64,000 nt of DNA from the NCBI GenBank assembly GCA_044224725.1, contig JBGAJW010000016.1:7055-71054 (forward strand), read 5' to 3'. Every line of letters begins with the position of its first letter. Positions within the stretch are counted from its first letter, which is position 1. Shown here one piece after another: positions 57,920 through 64,000 of this stretch. The notes under the pieces were generated by a model. That model saw only the letters and a list, made by a program, of their open reading frames with translations. It did not search any database and had not been told where the DNA came from. Source of the DNA: Flavobacteriales bacterium. GTDB lineage: Bacteria; Bacteroidota; Bacteroidia; Flavobacteriales_F; PHOS-HE28. The position numbers were made by a program, and so were the translations under genes.

Positions 57920-59779
57920 TCAATAGTACCCCACCTCTTCCGGCCGCGAGAACGCGTAGCCGCGTGCGCCGAGGTCGAAGTTGGAGATGGGGTTGAAGAC
58001 CGTGGTGGCGTTCGCGGATCCCGGAACATCGGGATAGAAACCGATGCTCACCTCGAAGGTCTTCACCAACAGATACTCGTTGCGCACCAGGAGCCCGATG
58101 GCGAAGGCCGGATAGATCCGGTTGCTCAACCACCGGTCGTGCTCTTCATCCACGGTGCCCACACCGAACAGCGCGACCGGCGCGATGCGGAAGCCCAGGA
58201 AGGAGAACGGCGCGTACAGCACGGTCTGTAAGCCGAGCACGGTCTTGCGTGTGCCGGACACCACCTCGCTCGAGAAGCCGTAGAGCTGCTGGCCGTTCAA
58301 GTCAAGGCGGTCCCTTGACCTGTTGAAGCCTAACGTTGAGCGGAGCTTCACGAATTGGCGCAGGTGCCACTTACCGAAGGTGAGCCGGTCGGTGAAGTAG
58401 TCCACATCCACCCGCAACGCGCCATCGACCCCCTGCCCATGATGGAAGAAGGTCCCGTAAGCCACCGTCGCGGTGAGATATCCCAGCGCATCGTAGTTGC
58501 GGCCGCGCGTGACTTCCGCACCGAGGTAAGGCTCCGGGGCCAGCAGCTCCCGTTTCCGCACGCCGGCGTTCACGCGCACCAACAGCCCCTCCGGTACATC
58601 TTCCGTGAGGCCGAAGCGGAAGAGGTAGCGTTCCTTGTAGAACTGCTGCTGACTGAGCCCTGCTCCCACCAGGAAGAGCGAAGTGTTGCTGTTGGTCCGC
58701 AAGGTGTCCTGCTCGAAGGAAGGACGCTGCGTGAAGCGTGTCTGCGCATACCGGACACCCACGATGATGCGGCTCAATTGACTGGCGAGCGTGGTGTCGT
58801 TCAACAAGGGGAAGCTCCGCCCCGCCCACGTGTCCAAACCCACTGGGCGCACGCTTGGCAATGCCATCTCTTCACCGACGCTGTCCGTTGTCGTGCTATG
58901 CGTCCATGTGCTGGTGAGCGCGGCACCGCCCGCCCACCTCGTAAGCGGCGAGAAAAAGTCGCGATGCACTTCGGCGCCCACTTGGTCCTGCTCAGCGGAG
59001 GTCGCATAAAAGGCCGATGTGCCGATGTAGGTGTCCGCGATGTTGTATACCACGTACTGCCCGTTCAGTTCGGGCCGCTGTGCCCCGAGCGAATACGCGA
59101 CCCCTTGTTCGAAGCGCTGCCCGAACCCGAGCAGGTTCCTGTCGCGCACGGTGATCGACCCATCGCTCGTGCTGATGTCCCCCACCACGTCAATGGACCA
59201 CTTGTCCAGCACGAACACGACCACATCCACGCTGTCGGCCGATCCGGACACGCGCTGGACCGTGACCCGCGCAGCGTTGACGACGGGAGATGCGCGGAGC
59301 AAGCGCTCGGATTCGGTGAGCTTCAGCGGATCCACCCGCTGCAGCTCCTTCATCAGCAAGAGACCGCGGATCACCTGCTCATGCGTCCGCACATGCAGCC
59401 CGTTGCCGATGCGTTGCAGCCGACTGGTCGGGGCCTGTGCGGTATCCTCCACGGAATAGCCGAAGGGGTCGTTCACATACACCCGCACATGCCGGATGAC
59501 CTTCCCTTTGTACTTGCGGAACGCGGCGACCCGCTTCGCCGGCTTCTTCGCCAGGGCGGGCTCCTCCTCCTCTGCGACAGGTTCCACGAAAACGCCTTCA
59601 TAGATCCAGCGCGCCACCTTGTGCTTCTTCGAATAGGCGTGGAGCTTCTCGTAGATGGCGGCCGAATCCGCCGGAGTGTTCTGGGCACTTGTCCTTGCCG
59701 AACAGCACACCAGCAGCGTGCAAAGGAGGAGTGTGGATCCGCGCCAGAGGGTATCGTGGCCTTCTTGAACGCGCAGCAT
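57920..59779 (-). CDS. Omp85-family-like outer-membrane protein (POTRA-like domain plus beta-barrel)
   Basis: Signal peptide, then a POTRA-like segment (VIRHVRVYVNDPFGY...VDVVVFVLDKWS), then about 400 aa of beta-strand-pattern sequence. Confidence 0.45.
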   Translation of the reverse strand: MLRVQEGHDTLWRGSTLLLCTLLVCCSARTSAQNTPADSAAIYEKLHAYSKKHKVARWIYEGVFVEPVAEEEEPALAKKPAKRVAAFRKYKGKVIRHVRVYVNDPFGYSVEDTAQAPTSRLQRIGNGLHVRTHEQVIRGLLLMKELQRVDPLKLTESERLLRASPVVNAARVTVQRVSGSADSVDVVVFVLDKWSIDVVGDISTSDGSITVRDRNLLGFGQRFEQGVAYSLGAQRPELNGQYVVYNIADTYIGTSAFYATSAEQDQVGAEVHRDFFSPLTRWAGGAALTSTWTHSTTTDSVGEEMALPSVRPVGLDTWAGRSFPLLNDTTLASQLSRIIVGVRYAQTRFTQRPSFEQDTLRTNSNTSLFLVGAGLSQQQFYKERYLFRFGLTEDVPEGLLVRVNAGVRKRELLAPEPYLGAEVTRGRNYDALGYLTATVAYGTFFHHGQGVDGALRVDVDYFTDRLTFGKWHLRQFVKLRSTLGFNRSRDRLDLNGQQLYGFSSEVVSGTRKTVLGLQTVLYAPFSFLGFRIAPVALFGVGTVDEEHDRWLSNRIYPAFAIGLLVRNEYLLVKTFEVSIGFYPDVPGSANATTVFNPISNFDLGARGYAFSRPEEVGYY

Positions 59780-59809
59780 GATCGCGGGAACCGTTGAGAC
59801 GGGGCGTAT

Positions 59810-60940
59810 CTACTTCTTCTTTCCCACCATGGTCCGTGGGAGGCTGAGCAGGGAGGACGCCATGTGCGGCTGGTCATCGCCGAGCAGGTATCCAAAGGGC
59901 TTCAAGGGTTCCACGCGATCGCACACGACCTTCACGATCGCTGTGAGCGGAATGGCGAGGAACATGCCGGCGATGCCCCACAGCGCGCCGCCGAACAGCA
60001 CCACCACGATGGACACCAGCGCGTTCACTTGCACCCGCGAGGCCACCACGCGCGGCACGATGAAGTTGTTGTCCACGAATTGCACCGTGAGATAGACCAC
60101 CAGCACCAACAGCAGTGCCGACGGGCTCTTCGTAGCGACGGCCATGAGCATGGGCAGTGAGATGGCCACCAGCCCGCCGATGTAGGGGATCATGTTCAAC
60201 AGGGCGCCGATCACCCCGAAGAGGATGGCGTACTCGATGCCGATGATCATCAATCCCACGGAATTCAGTACCGCCACGATGAGCGCTTCCAGCAGCAGGC
60301 CCACGAGGTAGCTCTGCACCAGCGAGCGGGTCTGCACCAGCACATCAGCGACCATGGCGTGCCGATCACGGGGAAAAAGCTTTGCGATGAACTCCAGCAG
60401 CAGCGGCTTGTAGAAGAGGATGAGGAAGATGTAAACGGGCAGCAGGAACACGAAGGCGAAGACGCCACCGATGGTGGTGAGCGTGGACCCCACGAGCATC
60501 GATCCGTTCTTGGTGACCTGGGATTGTGCTTTGGTCACCCACGCGCGGATGGCCGAGCGTTTCATGTTCGTGAGGTCAGCGGCCCAGCGTACCGCATCAT
60601 CATAAAGACCCTTGGACCTCTCCTTGAGCGCGGGGAACGAGTCACTGAAATGGACCACCTGCGCGGAGATGAACCAGATGAGGCCGGCGAGGAGCGCCAT
60701 GGCCAAGGTGATGGCGATCGCGATGGCCAGCACGCGGTTCAGCCCCCTGGCCGAAAGCAGGTTCACGACCGGATTCAGGACGATCGCGAGGATCGTAGCG
60801 AACAAGAGCGGTGTGATGATGTCCTGCCCGATCCAGAGAATGAAGAAGAACGCGACCAGTCCGAGCAGTATCGCCGACGCTTTCGCATACGCCGGCCAAG
60901 TGGTAGTCGTGGTGGTTTCCATGTGCTTTCCGTTCATCAT
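59810..60940 (-). CDS. AI-2E family transporter (UPF0118 / PerM-like). The ORF is artefactually open to 61567.
   Basis: C-terminal core LLLVLVVYLTVQFVDNNFIVPRVVASRVQVNALVSIVVVLFGGALWGIAGMFLAIPLTAIVKVV is the AI-2E family signature. Eight TM segments. Confidence 0.8.
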   Translation of the reverse strand: MMNGKHMETTTTTTWPAYAKASAILLGLVAFFFILWIGQDIITPLLFATILAIVLNPVVNLLSARGLNRVLAIAIAITLAMALLAGLIWFISAQVVHFSDSFPALKERSKGLYDDAVRWAADLTNMKRSAIRAWVTKAQSQVTKNGSMLVGSTLTTIGGVFAFVFLLPVYIFLILFYKPLLLEFIAKLFPRDRHAMVADVLVQTRSLVQSYLVGLLLEALIVAVLNSVGLMIIGIEYAILFGVIGALLNMIPYIGGLVAISLPMLMAVATKSPSALLLVLVVYLTVQFVDNNFIVPRVVASRVQVNALVSIVVVLFGGALWGIAGMFLAIPLTAIVKVVCDRVEPLKPFGYLLGDDQPHMASSLLSLPRTMVGKKK

Positions 60941-61941
60941 CGGCCGGACGGCCCTCTTATCGGTGCGGCCTTCTGGGCCTCGTCGATCTTCTCCTGCTTG
61001 GTCCCCTTCTCTACCACGTGCCCGTGATCCAGAACGACTTCTTGCTGCATGACCCGCACCGCGTTCGCCGAAGGTCTGATAGGGCGGCCGTGGACCTTGG
61101 CCCACACGTACACGAACTCCGCCCCGAGGAAGAAGGTCTGCGAGCTGTAGAAGGTCCAGAGCAGCAACGAGATCAACCCGGCGGCCGCACCGAACATGGA
61201 CGTGGGATCGGATGCGCTGAAATAGAACGCGATGATGTAGCGCCCCAGGCCGAACAGCGCCGTGGTGAAGAGCGCACCGGGGAGCACATCGCGCCATGCG
61301 ATGCGCGCGTCCGGCAGGTATTTGAACAGGCAGGCGAACACGCCGGTGGCCACCGCGATGGACAGCCCCAAGGAGATCCCGGCCAGCAGCACGATGCTCA
61401 GTTCCGGCAGCGCCCGCTCCAGGTTGTCCGAGAAACCCTCGATCAGCGCGTTGATGAGGAAGGTCACCACCATCAGGAAGCCCAGACCCAGCACGAAGGA
61501 GAACGACAGCAGCCGGGATACCAGGAATCCGACCACGGAGTTGCGTGGCTTCGGCTTGATCTCCCACATGCGGTTCAACGAGCTCTTCAATGCGCCGAAG
61601 ATCCCCGAGGCGCCCAGTATCAGCGTGATGATGCCCAGCATCGTGGCGAGCCAGCCGTGCCCGCTCTTGTACGCACTGCCAAGTATGTCCTCGAGCGCCT
61701 TCGCCGTATCCGGACCGACCAGCCCATTGAGGTCGGCGAACACTTTGCCGCGTATGGCATCAGGTCCAGCGATCAGCCCGGACACTGAAATGATCACCAC
61801 GAGCAGCGGCACGATGGAAAAGATGGTGTAATACGCCAGCGCCGCACCCATTTCGAAGGTGTTGTCATGCGCGTACGCCTTCACCATCGCTTTGGTGAAC
61901 CGCCAGACCTTGGAGATGTACCCTCGTGTTTTCCGGACCAT
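60937..61941 (-). CDS. YihY/BrkB (ribonuclease BN-like) family membrane protein. The ORF is artefactually open to 62169.
   Basis: AHDNTFEMGAALAYYTIFSIVPLLVVIISVSGL ... GLGRYIIAFYFS ... SSQTFFLGAEFVYVWAK matches YihY family conserved blocks. Six TM segments. Confidence 0.8.
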   Translation of the reverse strand: MVRKTRGYISKVWRFTKAMVKAYAHDNTFEMGAALAYYTIFSIVPLLVVIISVSGLIAGPDAIRGKVFADLNGLVGPDTAKALEDILGSAYKSGHGWLATMLGIITLILGASGIFGALKSSLNRMWEIKPKPRNSVVGFLVSRLLSFSFVLGLGFLMVVTFLINALIEGFSDNLERALPELSIVLLAGISLGLSIAVATGVFACLFKYLPDARIAWRDVLPGALFTTALFGLGRYIIAFYFSASDPTSMFGAAAGLISLLLWTFYSSQTFFLGAEFVYVWAKVHGRPIRPSANAVRVMQQEVVLDHGHVVEKGTKQEKIDEAQKAAPIRGPSGR

Positions 61942-62068
61942 GGTCTGCTTGCATCGTCCCACGACCAACCCCGTACCGATCGGCTGACCGCACAGTGGAG
62001 GCCGTGATGACGCCGTGAATGTGGCGATCATTCTCCGGACCGGGGCGACTTCTCCCCGATCCGAGTAT

Positions 62069-63796
62069 TCAGCCGCCTTTGCGCGCCGCTCGCTTGCGCT
62101 GACGTTGTTCCGCATTGCGCGCCCGTTCCTTCTGCCGCATGATGGCGCCTTGGATATCCGCCAGAACACCCGGCAGGAGCGTGCGCGTCAACCCTTCCCG
62201 CGTGTAGCACCAGATGAAGTTGAACAAGCTGCGATCCTTCTTGCGCCCGATGCGCAAAAGCATGGTACGTTCATCCGCCGGCCGGTCCTTGCTGTCGTGA
62301 TGCACCGCGGTGTTGGTGAGCTGTGTCAGGAGCCGCCGCTTCCCGCCGTCCGCCTTCAGTATCTGCAACCAGGCATCGCTGTACTTCAGGGTGAAGGCGC
62401 CCATGGCCGAATCGTTGTTCGCGCTCATGTGCAACTTCAGTGAACCGATCCACCCGCTGTCCGCCCGCAGCAGGATGAGGTTCTCGCTCATATTGTTCGC
62501 CGCACTCAGGGGCATGTCGCGCACGGTCACGTCCAGCGTGAAGGCATCCTTGGTCGAAGCGAGCGGCGCTGCGTACTCCCCGTGCAGGACTCCGGCATCG
62601 AAGAGCTTCGCGTCAACGGTACCGCGCATGGAGGAATCCGCCAGCGCCAGCAAGGTGTCGTTGCTCACGTTCATGATCGTAGCCCCGATCCCCGTGAGGC
62701 GCATGCTGCCGTAGCCGTTCCCCACCTCGAAGCGCTCCGAGTAGGTCATGTCGGTGTTCATCAACCGCAGGGTGTCCACACGCAATCCGAAGGGAACGTT
62801 CCGCAGCGCGGAAACCGGCAGCGGCATGAAGTGCGAGAGCGCGTCCGGCATGGACTTGTCCAGGAACACGTCGAAGAACGCCCCGTCCACCGTCAAGCTG
62901 CCCATCTCCACCTGCTGTTCGGCGAAGGCGCGGTAGAGGTCCACCCGGGCCAATGCGATCGACTTCACGTCCAACGCGTAGATCGTGGTCATCTCACGCA
63001 AGTACTTGTGCGTGGTCTTCCGGTCCACATGGGGCGTGTAGCGCAGTGAATCGATGGAGGCCAGGCCTTCCGGGTGCAGCAACCCGATGTGCGCGATGGA
63101 CAGGTCGTACAGCGGAGGGAGTTCGGCAGCGACATGCTGGATGTCCACCTGCGCCGTGCCCACGACCCATTCCAAGGGATCGCCCAGCTTCGGCAATCGG
63201 ATGTGTACCTCGTGTGCGCGTGCATCCATGCGTCCGATGCTCAGTTCCGGCGCACGCTCGGTGAGGTCCACCGCCGTTCCGCTCGCTTCCGTTACCAACA
63301 GTTCGCCTATGCTCAACAGGTCCGGGGTCTCCTGCGTCTGCCGGTCTTCCGCCGAAGTCCTCACCTGCGCATCGCGATGCGAAGCGTAGGTGTACCGCAC
63401 CACCGGTGTGTATACCGTGGCGGAAGCGATCCGCACTTCGTCCTTCAGCAACAAGCGCCAGTACGAAAGCCCGCTCACGGCGATGCGCCCTGCCCTCGCG
63501 TTCAGCACGAAGCGGCCACGTCCGTGACGAAGGCTGTCCAACAGGGCCGTGTCCGGCTCCAGCGAAAGATCCAGGATGGCCAGGTCGCCGCCGATCGGAT
63601 CGATGTCCACCTTACCGATCTTCAGGGAGTACAAGGGCCCGCCCGCCTTGCTCACCACCTCCCGGAGCTTTTCCAGTACCAGCCCTCGCATCCACTCGGA
63701 GCGCAGCAGTGCCCGACCTCCGAACACCAAGGCCGGGATGATGATCAGCAGGACCGCCAGTTTCCACCAGCGGGTGCGCGATGTCGTGTTCTCCAT
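62069..63796 (-). CDS. Hypothetical membrane-anchored protein, possibly of the AsmA-like family
   Basis: N-terminal TM (WWKLAVLLIIIPALVFGG), then a pattern resembling AsmA N-domains (KIGKVDIDPIGGDLAILDLSL). The C-terminus is Arg/Lys-rich. Confidence 0.35.
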   Translation of the reverse strand: MENTTSRTRWWKLAVLLIIIPALVFGGRALLRSEWMRGLVLEKLREVVSKAGGPLYSLKIGKVDIDPIGGDLAILDLSLEPDTALLDSLRHGRGRFVLNARAGRIAVSGLSYWRLLLKDEVRIASATVYTPVVRYTYASHRDAQVRTSAEDRQTQETPDLLSIGELLVTEASGTAVDLTERAPELSIGRMDARAHEVHIRLPKLGDPLEWVVGTAQVDIQHVAAELPPLYDLSIAHIGLLHPEGLASIDSLRYTPHVDRKTTHKYLREMTTIYALDVKSIALARVDLYRAFAEQQVEMGSLTVDGAFFDVFLDKSMPDALSHFMPLPVSALRNVPFGLRVDTLRLMNTDMTYSERFEVGNGYGSMRLTGIGATIMNVSNDTLLALADSSMRGTVDAKLFDAGVLHGEYAAPLASTKDAFTLDVTVRDMPLSAANNMSENLILLRADSGWIGSLKLHMSANNDSAMGAFTLKYSDAWLQILKADGGKRRLLTQLTNTAVHHDSKDRPADERTMLLRIGRKKDRSLFNFIWCYTREGLTRTLLPGVLADIQGAIMRQKERARNAEQRQRKRAARKGG

Positions 63797-64000
63797 GCTC
63801 GGCTATCCGGTGATGCCGGGCGCTACCCCACCGTCGGGAACGGGCGCTTGCGGTTCGCGCACGAGCGTGGGCCTGTGTATCGGGTCCTTCTTCTCCGGTC
63901 GCCGCTCTGGAATGGGTGCCTTGTGCTTTTTCATTCGAGAGGGTATGCGAAGATCAGCCCAGATCGTGGAGCACACGACCGTACGCTGGATGCCGCCCGC

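Noticed and set aside
1-64000. Search for CRISPR arrays, rRNA genes, transposases, integrases and phage structural genes
   Set aside because: No short regularly spaced direct repeats, no rRNA-like sequence and no recognisable transposase, integrase or phage protein motifs were seen. Repeat content is limited to the 21-nt palindrome pair and the internal protein-repeat gene.

Overview
This is a high-GC (about 60-63%) chromosomal fragment, almost certainly from a Bacteroidota genome. The evidence for that phylum is at least six proteins ending in a type IX secretion system (T9SS) C-terminal sorting domain, a PorZ-like protein with two beta-propellers, a DUF4292 gene next to an M23 peptidase, and DUF4175, DUF2339 and DUF3999 proteins.

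About 55 protein-coding genes are tightly packed, and many neighbours overlap by the 4-nt ATGA or GTGA stop/start motif. Housekeeping genes are present: enoyl-CoA hydratase (5' partial), dut, a sugar-phosphate nucleotidyltransferase, tatA, gatA, mltD-like, oligopeptidase B, recO, tRNA-Cys(GCA), folB, gltX and ybeY.

They are interleaved with accessory cargo:
- An operon encoding an ECF sigma factor, its anti-sigma factor and a secreted TPR-CHAT protease.
- A lower-GC two-gene insertion that duplicated the 5' end of a Wzx-like flippase gene.
- Several lower-GC T9SS-secreted repeat proteins.
- A co-translated DUF2339/DUF3999/PKD-T9SS trio.
- A 1144-aa DUF4175 coiled-coil protein followed by an RsbW-like kinase and ybeY.
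- A CHASE3 sensor histidine kinase.
- A five-gene YtxH / holin-like / DUF748 / DUF4421 operon.
- An Omp85-like / AI-2E / YihY / AsmA-like membrane cluster.

No CRISPR array, rRNA, transposase or integrase was seen. The long GC-rich antisense ORFs in the six-frame track are judged spurious. An identical 21-nt palindromic hairpin occurs twice, once as a terminator-like element after mltD and once in-frame inside the DUF3179 coding sequence.
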